Positions 12,320-25,880 of a stretch of DNA of 64,000 nucleotides are shown piece by piece. The stretch is from assembly GCA_951406725.2 (NCBI GenBank), contig OX597814.1, positions 182,156,001-182,220,000 of the forward strand. Reading direction: 5' to 3'. Within the stretch, counting starts at the first letter, position 1; the number at the start of each line of letters is the position of its first letter. Origin of the DNA: Octopus vulgaris (lineage: Eukaryota). The position numbers were made by a program, and so were the translations under genes. The notes beneath the pieces are model-generated. The model was given only the letters and a program-made list of their open reading frames with translations, was not told where the DNA came from and did no database searches.

Positions 12320-13555
12320 ATAAGGAAAGAGAATGAATGGGAGAAAGAGACTTCCAATTGTTGACCCAATAGAGGGACCAGCTATTTGAATTGACAGTAT
12401 CTTGGTAGATAAAGCAATTAAAGGTGTGAAGACAGGAAAAGTCCCTGGCCCATTGTCAACTGCAACAGAGGTAAAGGTGATGCCTTAGATAAAAATAATT
12501 ACAAAGGTATCAAATTGTTGGATCAAGGGATGAAAGTCACAGAGAGGGTCACAGCCCAACTATTTAGGGAAGTTTTTGTGTGTGGCAGATGCACAGGTGC
12601 AATAAACACTGAAGATGTACAGAAAATAGATTCCATCATATGCTAAGGGGAAAAACTAGAAGTAGCTGATAGCTTCTTTTACTAGATGACCAAGTCAGCA
12701 GTGAGGATGAATGGTCTGAGAGTGTAGCAGCTAGAATAAGAATAGCCTGGGCAAAGTTCAGAGAGCTCCTACATCTGCTGGTAACAAATGGCCTCTTGCT
12801 CAGAGTGAAAGGTAGACTGTGTGATGCATGTGTGCGAACAGCCATGTGACATGGCAGTAAAACATGGGCTGTGACTGCTGAGGACATGCATAGGCTTGAA
12901 AGAAATTAAGCTAGTATGTTCCACTGGATGTGTAATGTCAGTGTGCACACAGAGTGTAAGCACTCAGAGAGAAAAGTTGGGCATAAGAAGTATCAGATGT
13001 GCAGATGTGCAAGAGAGGCAACTGCACTGGTATGGTCATGTGATGCATATGGATGGGGACAGCAGTGTCACACTCTAACAGTGGAGGGAACCTGTGGAAG
13101 AGGTAGACCTAGGAAGACATGGGATGAGGTGATGAAAAACGATCTTTGAACGTTGAGCCTCACAGAGGCAATGACAAGTGACTCGGACTTTTGGAGATAG
13201 GTCATGCTTGAGAAGACCCAGCAAGCCAAGTGAGATCATAGTTGTAGTCGATGCCAGTGTTGCATAACTGGCCTGTTTAAAAGCACCCTTGAATTCTTGG
13301 GCAATATACCATGCTTGTGAAGACCTGTTGAACTGAGTGAAATCATTGTGGCCGATGCCAGTGCTGCCAGACTGCACCTATGCCGGTGGCACGTAAAGAG
13401 CACCATTTGAGTGTGACTGATGCCAGTGCCGCCTGATTGGCATCCATGCTAGTGGCATGTAAAAAGTACCATTTGAGTGTGGCTGAGCCAGTGCCGCCTG
13501 ACTGGCACCCATGCTGGTAGTATGTAAAGAGCACCATTCAAGTGTGGCCGACTGA
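12320..13555 (+). mobile_element. RTE LINE, internally deleted, with tandem-repeat 3' UTR
   Basis: KAIKGVKTGKVPGP, KGDALDKNNYKGIKLLDQ, LHWYGHVMHMD and GRGRPRKTWDEV; four tail units at 13340-13555. Confidence 0.9.
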
Positions 13556-13939
13556 CACTATATATAAAGATAGATATTATATATATATTAAATTTATATA
13601 CATATGTGTGTGTGTATATTTTTTCATATATCTCTGTGTTGTTTCATTAACAACTTGTTAGTGAAAGAAGCACGTGAGATGAGTTTTGTTTCGTTTTTTT
13701 TCCTCATATACATCATAATGGACATGTGAGAAATTAAGAAATTTTTTCCATTTATTTAATAATCTATTTAAATTTAATTGTTTCTATAGACAGCCTGTTT
13801 GAACATTTCATGTATTATCAGCATAGTGTGTGAGACCATTATGCTAATATTATATGTAATTAGTACATAATATGAACAACGATAAAAATTATAATTGTTT
13901 CCATTCTAAATCAGAAAGTGGGAGAGAAAATGAGAGGGA

Positions 13940-13943
<4 letters not shown>

Positions 13944-14009
<66 letters not shown>
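13944..14009. repeat. (GA)n microsatellite
   Basis: Directly visible. Confidence 0.98.
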
Positions 14010-14011
<2 letters not shown>

Positions 14012-14199
14012 TCAAGGTTGTTAGCAAATACATTAACAATACAATTTACAATCAAAATGCAGAAAGGAACTATTATATTGATTATAGATTTAAATCAATC
14101 AAAAATATTTCTGCATGCAAAGCTGTAGCAGAAGATGAATAAACTGAGATTCAGAGTGGCATCATAGCATTGCAGGAGTAAATTTAATAGATGTTATGG

Positions 14200-15000
14200 A
14201 ATTTGGTATCAGTAGTTGTGAAGATGGTATGTTTTGATGCCAACATAACATTCAACAATAAGTTTTGTGTACTCTTTGGGGGTCATCAATAATCTAACCT
14301 GCATGAGGATTGTTGTTGTTTTGTTTGTTCCTTCTCGAGCCATGCCTGGCTCATAAGTGCCTGTTTCCCGGTTTCCTTGGCGAATAGGTTCCCCACCTGG
14401 ACGGGACGCCGGTCCGTCGCAGGTGAGCTGCAAGATGCAGGAGGAAAGAGTGAGAGAAAGTTGTGGCAAAAGAGTCAGCAGAAGTTTCGCCATTACCTTC
14501 TGCCAGAGCCACGTGGAGCTTAGGTGTTTCCCTCGTAAACACACACATTGTCCGGTCTGAGATTCGAACCCGCGATCCCTTGACTGCGAGTCCGCTGCTC
14601 TAACCACTAGGCCATGTGCTTCCACTGCATGAGGATTGTGAAGAAGGCTGACTGGGAAGTGAGGCTTATGTTTCAAATGTGCATGTTTCCAGAACACTTT
14701 ACTATCTTTGTTAGTGGCTAAATTTAAATACTGCCTTTTTAGTCACCTGCTTGATATAGTTGGGTGCACTACTGAGCCTTATTTTATCCTTTGTTCTGTG
14801 TAATCTGAATATATGTTCACTATCCTATCATTCATTCCTGGAAAGGCAGACTGCTGCAATCTTACATATTGCACTATAAAGGTTTCTAACACATTTATAT
14901 GGCCCGACATATCCAGAATTATAAAATGCAAACCAATTTGGGTGCTGTATCTTAGTACAATAAGAATTCCAGTCAAAGTAAGCGGTTTGGAGGTGATGAT
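14200..15000 (-). mobile_element. Old LINE (CR1/L2-like) remnant, split by the 14314 SINE
   Basis: KVFWKHAHLKHKPHFPVSLLHNP...IIDDP resembles the segment just before RT in CR1-type ORF2; heavily decayed. Confidence 0.35.
14314..14624 (-). mobile_element. tRNA(Arg)-like SINE (family S2a) with 15-bp TSD
   Basis: A box TGGCCTAGTGG, B box GGTTCGAATC; TSD CTGCATGAGGATTGT at 14299-14313 and 14625-14639. Confidence 0.93.
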
Positions 15001-17034
15001 GGCTTTTCTTTGTAGATGACTCAGGGGATAGAGTGATGACTGAGGCCTAGGATGTGTGGAAGATGAACAAGCCATATAAAAAGATAGAAGAGGAAAGGAA
15101 GAAGAAATCATGTCATTATAACATTATAATCTGAGCCAGAACACACAAGCATACCCAAATATTTGTAACGGTTGATGTGACAACTGTTCATGCGAAGGTG
15201 AAGGTGATGGTGCAGGTAAAGGCTGCATTGTAATAGTAGGGTCACCAATTTGTAATTGATGTCTGTTATGTTGCAATGTCGGAATCACCAATTTGTAATG
15301 GTAGAAGTTTATTTTTTTGCAACGGTTGAAATTAATTTGTAAACAATAATATGGAACGTCAGAGTCGTAATCAGTTTGTAAGGATTGGTTCTTCGTTGAT
15401 TTGCCATTATGTAAAGATGAAAGAACAGTGATTGAAGGTGTGAAGAAAATATTTATTATCGTTACATTGTAAAATACCTTGCCTCAACAGGCAGGTGATA
15501 AAATTGTAAAGCATGTGAGGTAAAGGTAGATGTCGTAGATTTTCCTTGTATAGTTTGTATTTGTGTTCTCATCATTGTGTAGTAGTAATTACAGATAGAG
15601 ATGGAGTAAGAAGAAAGTGAGCTGAGCTAGTGATAGTGAAAGAGTTGAGGGAAGTTGTCTCAAATAGTCGCTGATTGTAACTTTCTTTTTCCCTCTGGCT
15701 GTTTGTCTTTAGTGGCTGCCTGCTTGTGGCCATGATTCTAGTGGTCCATTCAGTAACTGATGGTTGCTCTCTAACTTGGGTTCTCACAAACTCACTAACT
15801 TTTGCTTGGGGGTTCTTGCTTTTATAACTATCCAGGATGGACATATCGTTGAGAACAATGGATTTCAATGATGGTACTTGTTATCTTAATTCTAGCTTTT
15901 GGTGAAATAGAAGAGGTTAGAAGGGTCAAGTAGCAAAAACATTATTTTGCTTAGCTAAGGCATCTGGCAAATGTAAACTGCTGTCACAGAAAAACTATTG
16001 TTTTACTGTGAGAAAAGTGCTGTTGAAGTGTTAATTTAAAAATTCGGCTATCTAGGATTGAATCAACTTCATGTCTGCAAGATCCACTACATATGTGTGT
16101 GTGTGTGTGTGTGTGTATGTATATATGTATTTGACAGTATTTATATGCATCCCAACCAAGCATTACAGAATTCCATAACATGAGAACTATTTTCTCATTG
16201 ATTTCCATGTAAAAAAATGTAAAAGGTAACACAATCACTTCTATGCACAAAAATAACCATTTTCATACACACACACAGTACTAGATGCATACTGCATACA
16301 TAAAAACTTTTGAATACCTTAAAGAATAAATAAGAAATAACTTGTTCTCTTAAAGTTTTTAAAAAGGCCTAATTTACCCTAAATATTAGTTGTGATTAAA
16401 TATTTCTAAGGTAACATTTCCACCTTTGTGATTGTTATTATTAATGTTTAAGGATCCAACTACATTGCCATTACCAAAGCCTCTAAAACAAGGTATTATC
16501 TTTATATTCCATAACATATCAAGCAAACTCTTGCACTTTTCTATAAATAAAAAATGCTGATAAGTATTCTTTAGGGAGATGATGCATGTCTAGAAATAAT
16601 GCAGTTTCTTTCTACCCACAAAAGACAAATTGGCAATGACCATTGAGTAGTTGGAGTTGCCTTGAAAGTTCCCTGATAACAGTTTCAGGAACAGTGGTGA
16701 ATTGCAAATCCAAATGGATCCTGTGGTTGAGCATCTATATGCATTTGGAACTTCCATTGCAGGGTTCCAAACAGACATGATAGTGAAGCACATGTAGGAA
16801 CTTTAAAATTAAAAAATCTGTGTTTATCCTTATTTTTCCTACATTTGTTCAGCAGCTCATAACTGGTAATACTATTCCATATAGTAGTTATATATACATC
16901 TATATAGTTTACATCTATACAAAAAGCAGACTGGATTATGAACATCTACATGGAGTTCTAAATATAACAGTAGCAGTCATACACTTATTTGCACATATAA
17001 TTTCTACTATATATATATATATATATATATAAAT

Positions 17035-17315
17035 CTTTTTCGTAATGAAATAAAAAACCAAGGCTGTGTAGATTTTAGAACATTTATAGATAGGTCTTAC
17101 AGCTGTTTCCAGGATATTTATTATATCCCTTCATCAGAGATGGTGTGAGAGGATGGTTAAGAAATAGTTAATTTAGATAAGATATAAGGATTTTACTCAT
17201 AAGGTATTGGAATCTTATATGCCTAAAAAGTGGATCTACAAATACAACATCCCTACATATCTCACATCTATTCTCTTTTCTCTATTTTATATCTTATCTA
17301 AATTTCTTAAATATA
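17035..17315 (-). mobile_element. Penelope-like element terminal-repeat fragment
   Basis: Contains a minimal hammerhead and an inverted segment (AATTTAGATAAGATATAA near 17170 versus TTATATCTTATCTAAATT near 17287); abuts (TA)n. Confidence 0.6.
17093..17141 (-). ncRNA. Minimal type I hammerhead ribozyme motif, core intact
   Basis: Minus strand: TCT CTGATGA A GGGATAT-AATAA-ATATCCT G GAAA CAGCTG TA^AGA. Stem I is TCT/AGA, stem III is palindromic, and GUA cleavage would fall between 17098 and 17097. Confidence 0.8.
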
Positions 17316-17399
17316 ATTTGCAGAACTTTATACATGCTCGCTTTCAGGTGAGCATTCTGTGTCTAGTTCTGGAAATTGTGTTTTGTAAGCTACAGACTA

Positions 17400-17811
17400 C
17401 GCCGATCTCTAACTGTGGAGGGAACTTGTGGAAGAAGTAGACTCAGGAAAACACGGGACAAAGTGGTGAACGATAATTTTTGAATGTTGGGCCTCGTGGA
17501 TGTGATGACAAGTGACCAAGACCTTTGGCAATATGCTGTGCTTGAGAAGACCTGGCAAGCCAAATGATGGCCAATGTTGGTGTCATGTTACTGGCACCCT
17601 TGTTGGTGGCACATAAAGGCACTCATGCCGGTGGCACATAAAAAGCACGCATTATGCCCTTGGAGTGGTTGGCATTAGGAAGGACATCCAGCTGTAAAAA
17701 CCATACCAAATCAGACTGGAATTTGGTGCTGCTCTCCAGCTTACCAGTTCCTGTCAAAAACCATTAAACCCATACCAGTATGGAAAGCAGACACTAAATG
17801 ATGATGATGAT
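17400..17811 (+). mobile_element. RTE LINE 3' fragment with tail
   Basis: Similar to 13070-13230; has the tail motif and a (GAT)n end. Confidence 0.85.
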
Positions 17812-18427
17812 ATACATTCATATATACTTTATTTCTGAGTTATCAAGGCTACCAATGGTTTCATGTAAAAGATCTTCACAATTGTTCAAGCATGCAACAT
17901 GGGACCAATGCAGCCATATGTTTTTGCAGTGATGTGAAAGATCAGCTCAATTATTAAGACCTTCAGCACCTGTCAAATATTACATTCATATTAAATTGAT
18001 TCTGTCTGTATTTTCATGAAGCCTTGTAAAAAAAAATTAGCATTAAATGTATATAAACTGCCACCAAGTCTTTGTCCTAACCAACTCTATATATGTATGT
18101 ATGTATGTCTGTCCTTGTTTGTCCGCCCCCCTATGTTTGGCCCCTTGTGGGTTATAAAGAAATAGGTATTGCTAGGAATGTGGTATACACAGTTACATAG
18201 AGCTAATAATAATACGGTAACAATTTTGAACATAATTTCTGTTGAGTTTGCTTTTTCATTTGATTAAGACTAAAATTAGCTTGCTGATTTCAAAACTAGT
18301 CAGTTTTCTTCTATCATGTCAAATCTTTTTTTTCTACAGCTTACTCTTTGAATAAAGACAATTGTATCATTTGTCTGTTGGTAATTGGGCTGGTTAGCTG
18401 CTTATATTACTTTATTACTAACAATCT

Positions 18428-18830
18428 CTTTACTCTTTTACTTGTTTCAGTCATTTGACTGTGGCCATGCTAGAGCACCGCCTTTAGTCGAGCAAATCAA
18501 CCCTAGGACTTAATCTTTGTAAGCCTAGTACTTATTCTATCAGTCTCTTTTGCCAAACCGCTAAGTTATGGGGACGTAAACACACCAGCATTGGTTGTCA
18601 AGCGATGTTGGGGAGACAAACACAGACACACAAACATACACACACACACATATATGTACATATATACGACGGGCTTCTTTCAGTTTCTGTCTACCAAATC
18701 CACTCACAAGGCTTTGGTTGGCCTGAAGCTATAGTAGAAGACACTTGCCTTAGGTGCCACTCAGTGGGACTGAACCTGGAACCGTGTGGTTGGTAAGCAA
18801 GCTACTTACCACACAGCAACTCCTACTCCT
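18428..18830 (-). mobile_element. SINE S1, full length
   Basis: Complete reverse-complement match to the S1 organisation. Confidence 0.88.
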
Positions 18831-19336
18831 GAGGAATTTTTTTGAAAAAAAAAAAGTTTGCTTTTCATAATTAGTCATGATAGTGCCGGGTTCCGAAATA
18901 CTGTCAGAAAATTTCTATCATGTTAAGTTTTTTTTTGTTAAAGAGGAATTAATTTTTCACTTTTGCCATTAAATGCAATACTGAAATAACAAACTAAATT
19001 GTATGGTTCATAGCTTTTTACAAACAATAAAACAAATTCGACGGAATGGGTACTTTCTTACCAAATCCGTCATCACAAAGCACCAGACAGATTTGGTAAG
19101 AGAAAGGATATATAATGACTTAGCGTAACACTAAGAATCGTTTTATCAATGGAAGCATAAAGGTTTTAAACTCTGGTTTGAGGTGGACAAAACAAAAAGA
19201 TTGCAAAACACTATTTCATTCGATATCCTATTCAATTAATTTACTGCATCGTCTCTCGTTATATATTATATTGATACGGAAATTTTACATTGATTGGTTC
19301 ATTGTTTTCTTAAAATTTCTTAAAATGATTTTGATA

Positions 19337-19720
19337 TCTTTATATATAAAAGAGAAGTTGTGTGTCTGTCTCCTACGATTTAGATTTCTAATTACTCCCA
19401 CATTTTGCGGTGCAGTTTAACCAAAACTGGGTATCTTATAGTCGTGATTCATATCGAGCCCTTCTGGGTATTAGCGCGCGTCTACGATGAGTCTACGATT
19501 TAAAAAAAATTTACCATCATTTTTTCCATTTTAATGCATTTTTTCGCTATTATATAAGGGAAGTAACTCTCTAAAAATGTCTACGATGAGTCAACGATTA
19601 AAAAAAAAAATTACCATCATTTTTTTCCATTTTTAATGCATTTTTTTGCTATAACTTTCTAAAAATGCTTATATAGTTATTTCTCTTACAAACTCGAGCA
19701 ACGCCGGGCGATACTGCTAG
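19337..19720 (+). mobile_element. Non-autonomous Helitron (384 bp)
   Basis: A|TCTTTATATATAAAAG 5' end, subterminal hairpin CTCGAGCAACGCCGGG and CTAG|T 3' end; internal ~95-bp direct repeat. Confidence 0.85.
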
Positions 19721-19975
19721 TATACTATAAATATAGGCGATATAATATAGAACAATAGATTTGTATATTTTTATAGACCGATGAACAGATAACCGGATAG
19801 CTTACTATCTAATAGAATAATTAAGAGAGAGAAACGAGGACATAATAACAACTGTGTGTGTATGGGAGGGAGTGAAATGTGTTGTGTTAGTATAATAGGT
19901 GGCATATGATCTCGAATTAAAAGAACTGAAAACAACAACAGTAATGTGTCTGGTTAACTTGCGAGATCTGACAGC

Positions 19976-20004
19976 GTTGCTATAGTAACTGTATGACGCC
20001 GTCA
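19976..20004. promoter_or_regulatory. RFX X-box plus CRE-like palindrome in a CpG-retaining island (putative promoter)
   Basis: GTTGCTATAGTAAC (19976-19989) matches the X-box consensus GTHNYY-AT-RRNAAC. TGACGCCGTCA at 19994-20004; candidate donors at 20071 and 20221. Confidence 0.5.
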
Positions 20005-21395
20005 CTTTGTTTTGGGCTGTAGTTATTCTGCTTGGCATTTCTTAGCGTTGTTATTTTGACCATGAAACATAAGTAATCTATCAGTTCAGGACATTTTATA
20101 ACTTACTAAATTTATATATATATAAACATATATATATATATAGATGAGGGTATTATGCTTGTTGGTCTTATCAAAAATTAAAAATACACGAAAACCGCAG
20201 CAACCTTAAGTATAAACATTGTAAGTATGAACATTTAGCGTATTTTCGTATTTAATAGGAAACGAAATTGTATCATGTTTATTGTTTTGGCGTACTTAAT
20301 TTTAATTTTGAAATCATATAACTTTCGTTGCTTCAAAAATTCTGTATTAAGATTTAAATGCTAAAAGAAACCTTTGTTTTATTTCACTAACGTAATCAGT
20401 TTTATGTGCAGTCAGTTTCCTTCGTGTTTCGGAAAACAATTTGCTGACAGCGACTTAATAATGTTACACTAAATAGTTTTAAAATATTCAGTCAACAGAA
20501 GAACCACGTAACCACATAGCGGTTGTTCGACCTACATGAAACAGCAACGGAATCTCCCTCAAAATCACATCCTATCTTATTAACAAAAAGCAAACAAACA
20601 AAAACATTGTATAATGTAGTCTAAAAAAGAAAAAAAAACTGATGAGACGATGATGTTTGTTAGCAATACCTTCAGGATAACTTTCAGGTACTTATAGCTC
20701 AGGCGCTATAATAAAAAAAAACTCAAACCAAACGTTTTGCCGTGGAAATAAGGCAAAGTGATAACGTGCATGGGCTCTAGTGCTGGTGCTGAATCGTACC
20801 TGAAGATGGCATTGAATATCTTTGATCACTGGTTCTTTTGATCGGTGCTGACATATGGTCTAACAACAATATTAAAAAATTTGGCATTCCTTCGATATAG
20901 CTCGACAAGGTCGAGACATTTCACTTCAGCTATTTCCGTGGGTTGTGGGGTATAGATATGACGAAATTATGCCAGCAATGTCTCATCTTAAACTTGAAGA
21001 AAAAAATGCCTTGCATATTTATTTGTTCTTACCTGTTTCGTGCGTGTATGTAAAACCCGCAAATTTCCAAGCAGAAAACAGAATCGAACCGTCATTTGCT
21101 TCCACGGAAATAAATACCCGAAGAGAAGTGTTTTGATTTTGTCGAGTTATATCGAACAATATCGAAAAATTAAAAAATATATAAAGATGGGACATACTCA
21201 AATGGCTCCTAATCTACTTCGTTGACTGTTCGCAGTGGAAGATACAAAAGAATCACCTTTTTCATTGTTTTATTATTTACAAATTACATATCTTTAAAAT
21301 ACAATAATTTTCATAAAAGTACGTTTATTTGACCGTGTGTGTGTGCGCGCGCGCGCCCGTGCATGTATATGTGTGTGTATATATATATATATATA

Positions 21396-23215
21396 TAGTG
21401 ATACCTCGCAGTACGAGTTTAATTCGTTCCATGACCGAGCTCGTTTTACGATTTACTCGTTTTACAAATCAATTTTCCCCATTGAAATGAATTAAAATAT
21501 GAATTAGTCCGTTCCAGCCCCAACAAAACACCCCAAAATAATTTTTATGCATTTTAAAACAGAAATGGTGCAGTTATAAAGAAGATGACAGTGATAAAAA
21601 CATAAAAGAAAATGCAAATGAAATATATAAACTGGTTTTATTAACTTAAAGATGGGACGATTTGTGTTGCGAGGAAAACGATGGAACGGGGGAGGAGATT
21701 ATTGTTTCGAAGGAGAATTTCCTTCCATTAAGACTTCAAGAAGAACAATTTCTGGCGTTTTCTCTCTCACTTCGCTTACTTTAGGCTTTTTGGACACACT
21801 TTCTTCACTTTTCACACTTGCAGGTCGTTTCATTAGAAATATACCGAGAGAAGTCTGCTTTTACCTGCCTTTCAAAATGTCACGAAAATGCGTCAGAGCA
21901 GTGTCATTAAATAAAGCAGCTGTAGATACTTTTTCAGGGTGATATTTTTCTACAAATTCAGAAACATATTGCCACTTTGCCAACACTGCCTTTATGTTAC
22001 TCGTAGAGACAGCCTTCTCTGCTACACTGTCCTCCGGAGAACCAATCTCTTCCACCGCATCCAAATGTTGCTGCTCCCGAAGCTGCAGGAGTTCATCTGC
22101 CGTCAGCTCCTCTGAGTGTTCCTCGACGAGATTGTTAATGTCCCCATCGTCAACCTCGAGGCCTATGGACTTGCTAAAAGACTCTATCTTCGCAACTACA
22201 GGTGTCTCAGACTCAAACACCGCGAAGTCTTTTTCGGATACGCTGTCAGGCCACAGTTTCCTCCATGCAGAATTCAGCTTTCTCCTCGTTACACCCTGCC
22301 AGGGCATATCAATGATTTTCAGGCAGTTAAGAATGTTGTTGTGCTTCTTCCAAAACTCACGAAGGGTTAGATTTGTATTTTCGGTGACTTCAAAGCACCG
22401 ACGAAATAGGTGTTTGGTGTACAATTTCTTAAAATTAGAAGTCACTTGTTGGTCCACGGGCTGCAGGATAGGGGTGATGTTGCGTGAAAGGTACAGAACT
22501 TTTATGAATTTAAATTCGTCCAATATATCATCTTCGAGGTTAGGAGGGTGAGCAGAAACATTGTTGAGGATGAGGAGGGCCTTGAGAAGAAGATCGTTCT
22601 TCAGAAGGTACTTTTTCACTTCTGGTCCGAAGACAAGATTAATCCACTCGGTGAAGAATTGCCTGGCGACCCAGGCTTTAACGTTTGCCCTCCACATTCG
22701 GAATTTTGTGCGACTTGAACTCTCGTGGGCTTTCGGAATGGTTGACAAGGTGCGACTAAATCTTAGGTCTCCTCTCGCATAGGCACATAGAGCAAGAGTT
22801 AGCCTATCTTTCATCGGCTTGTGGCCTGGCATTTTCTTTTCTTGTGCAGTATTGTAGGTTCTTCTGTGCATTTTGTTTTCCAAAAAAAGGGCAGTTTCAT
22901 CAGAGTTGAATACCTATTGTGCGAGGTGCCCTTCGTCTGCAATGAGCTGACGGAATTCACACACGAAATCCTCGGTTGCCTTCGTGTCAGGACTCGCTGC
23001 TTTCTTGCAGATGATGGTCTCCGTAATCGTATCCCTGCAAGTTGCTTCTTGTTGATCCACATGAGAAGCAATTTTTCCATCTCTTTGTGGACAGACAAGC
23101 GTTGCTTGGAGTGCTGGAGATACTCTTTACTGTTGTAACGGCCTTGATCTTGTCCTTTTCCTCAGGGTGGTGCAGATTGTCGACGTGTTTCGGTCGTATT
23201 TACGTGCTATGTACG
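21396..23215 (-). mobile_element. Tigger/pogo DNA transposon, truncated, with DDE_1 transposase pseudogene
   Basis: ORF 21861-22883 (KPMKDRLTLALC, WRANVKAWV, ITPILQPVDQQV), CENP-B HTH fragment EMEKLLLMWINKKQLAG, and one TIR (T)AGTGATACCTCGCAGTACGAG at 21396. Confidence 0.92.
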
Positions 23216-23644
23216 CTACCTTCCACTTCTACCAAAATTCAGGCCTTGTGCCTATAGTAGAAAGAATTGTTTCAAGAAAGAATCAAAACCTTTAGGTCAA
23301 GTCTAGCCAGCAGGTGTGTAGGATCACATGAGTAGTGTTCATTCAATTGTGCTCAAAGATAAGCTTATGTTAGAACTACAAATCAATAAGATTGTAAATA
23401 ACCAAAATCAAAAACTGTAATAATATTATCAAATGTTCTATTTTGACAAAATGCACTCACAGTTAACACATTATGGTATTGGTTTATCTATTGAGAAGGA
23501 CTAAACTAGAATAAAAGATATATTTACAAGGGCTTATTTGAAAAAAGAAATATATATAATGTATAGATTAAAACATGGATTAAGTATGATTAAAGTATTT
23601 TAATATTAAGACCATTTGGATTTAGATAGGTGGCAAGTGTTATA

Positions 23645-24824
23645 TCTATATACATAAATGTGTAATGGTGTCTGTCTGTGTGTGTGTTTGGAGTTACTCT
23701 AATTCCTCCCAAAATATCAAACCGATTTTAATGATTTTTAACACATAGGTAGATCACATGCCCTGAAGTTCAAATAAGACTGGAATTTTTCGAAAACTTG
23801 ATAATACTCAGTTGGCATCGATTTTTGTGAGCTTAATTGGGTGTTTGAATGGAAATTCCCATAACGATGTTATCTTTCCTGCAGCTTTTGCATTTTGTGT
23901 CCGATTTTGATGAAAATCCATGAGTGAATGAGGCTCATGGCAGTGAGTTTATGTCAGTATATGGTTTTGACAAAAAATCGATAATTGCACTTGAGCATTG
24001 GTTTTATAAAATCAATAAGCTTTTTGCATGCAAATATCCACAGGGATTTTATTTTGGGCCGTAACTTTTTTCATTTTTTATCTGATTTTAATGAAATTTG
24101 AGATGTAGGTAAATTTTGTGGTGGGGATACGGTAAAGGTGTTTATTTAATTCAAAAGGGCTTGAAAAGGGCACAAATACAAATAAGCATTTCCTTAGAGA
24201 TATTCTTATTGATTTTGTGGAAATTTTACACGTGATTAGTTGATGCTAGCATGAAGACATGACAAAAAATTGATACCCATAGGATTAATATTTTATGCAG
24301 TAACTTTTACAGAATTCATTCGAATTTGATGAAATTTGACATTTAGGTTAAGTTTATGGTTGGAGTCATGTAGAAAAATTAAAATTAAACTGGTGAAAGG
24401 CAGAAATCGTCAAAATTTACTCACAATAAAATAATGAGCAGATTTTGAAGAAAATTGACCCATGAGTAAAATTAAGCACTTCAACATATGAAACATTGAT
24501 TATTCATATAATATTTTGGGATTTAAAAGTCAATGGGATATTTTCATGTAAATGGTCACATGGATTCTATTTTATGACATAACCTTAACACTTTTTATCG
24601 GATTTTGCTGAGATTGGACACACAGGTCGAGGTACACGCAAAAGTTTGACTGTAATTTCAGATGGTCCAGTATGTAGGAGTATGTTGAAAGTGTTAACTG
24701 GGTAAAATCCCTGCTGATCTAGATATAAAATCTTATTGGGTAACGTAGAAAGTTTCAATACAAGGTTAGAGGTGGGCTTCACTTCAACATGGAAAACACG
24801 AGCAATGCCAGGTCTGACAGCTAG
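23645..24824 (+). mobile_element. Non-autonomous Helitron (1180 bp) with internal repeats
   Basis: A|TCTATATACATAAA start, CACGAGCAATGCCAGG...CTAG|T end, and a recurring CCGATTTTGATGAAAAT-like motif. Confidence 0.8.
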
Positions 24825-25274
24825 TATAGATATAAATGTACCAAGTAGATATGTATAGATAGGAGATTTATATCTAATGGTTATGTGGTATATGTCAGAT
24901 TACCTATCTGGATATAAAGCATGTTAGTAGTACTTGAATGATATGGAAATTTAATGCAGAAAATTTTCTAATATCTCTTAAGTTCTTACTGTGAGCACAC
25001 TATTTAGTGAAGAGTACCATGAGAGTTCCAGTGCTACAAAGTCTGCTTAGTCTTTTATGTGTAACATAAAAGTTTACTTTTTCAATGAGTTTTCACTTTA
25101 ATTTTAATAGTAGGTTGATTTTTTTGAAGACCTGGATATACCTCAAAAGAAACATGACATTATTCATGCAGGATTACAGAATGACTGCATGTGTAAATAG
25201 TTCTGTATCTTCAACTGGTTCATGGTAAGCCTGATATGTGACTTGGTGAATCTAGCCTTGTTTACATTATAATA

Positions 25275-25880
25275 CGAGGTCTGATTGATAAGTATCCAGA
25301 CTGTTGCCATAGTAACGAAGCTAAAGCATGCAGAGTGAAGCCGTTTGGCAAAAATTGACCTTGAACACTGCAGTGCATGCGCATCAGATTTCACCATCTC
25401 ACTTCTGCTGTTTACAGCAGCACTTAGAAGGAAGGTGTGTAGCATGTGATCGTTGCATTGAACATGACAGAGAAAGTTGTCATAACAATACCTGTTCAGA
25501 GGCCTACACAAAGCTGCAGAAAGTGTTTGGAGAGGAGTGTATGAGCTGCACACAAGTGTACCAGTATTTCAAACGTTTCTAAGATGGCCGAAAAATGTCG
25601 ATATTGATGAACATTCTGGGAAAATCGTTGAATCTCCATTCGTGAGTTATCAGAGGATGTGCAGATTTGTTACCATTCAGTTCAGTCCATTATCACTGAA
25701 GATTTGGGTATGAGACATGTGTCTGCCAAGTTTGTACCAAATCTGTTTTTAGCTGACCAAGAAGACACTCAGGTTTCAGTTGCACAAGTTCTTGATTGTG
25801 TCAGGAATGATGAAAAACTTTTTTAAAACTTTGCATAGGCCTCTGAGCAGGTATTGCCAAGCTTTTGGCAAAATTTGAGA
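25275..25880 (+). mobile_element. Mariner-like element, 5' portion, degraded transposase
   Basis: TA|CGAGGTCTGATTGATAAGTATCC terminus; peptides AYTKLQKVFGEECMSCTQVYQYFKRF and IITEDLGMRHVSAKFVP. Confidence 0.88.

Noticed and set aside
12284-12320. Fourth hammerhead (CTGATGA...GAAA...GTA AGA)
   Set aside because: Stem II is only 3 bp, stem III cannot form (GGTGTG) and stem I is imperfect; chance match or too decayed to support.
14550-14624. tRNA-Arg gene (also the heads at 8810-8880, 34233, 45462, 46778 and 57640-57716)
   Set aside because: A/B boxes are present but there is no proper acceptor stem, and they continue into SINE bodies with TSDs.
16590-16945. Minus-strand ORFs behind a possible acceptor near 16802
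   Set aside because: No recognisable homology, all frames stop quickly and no linked exons were found; a non-coding exon cannot be excluded.
21994-22551. 185-aa Ser-rich + strand ORF
   Set aside because: Antisense shadow of the Tigger transposase ORF.
22890-22905. CTGATGA-GAAAC-like hammerhead core on the minus strand
   Set aside because: It is the FNSDET coding motif of the Tigger transposase, with no stems.
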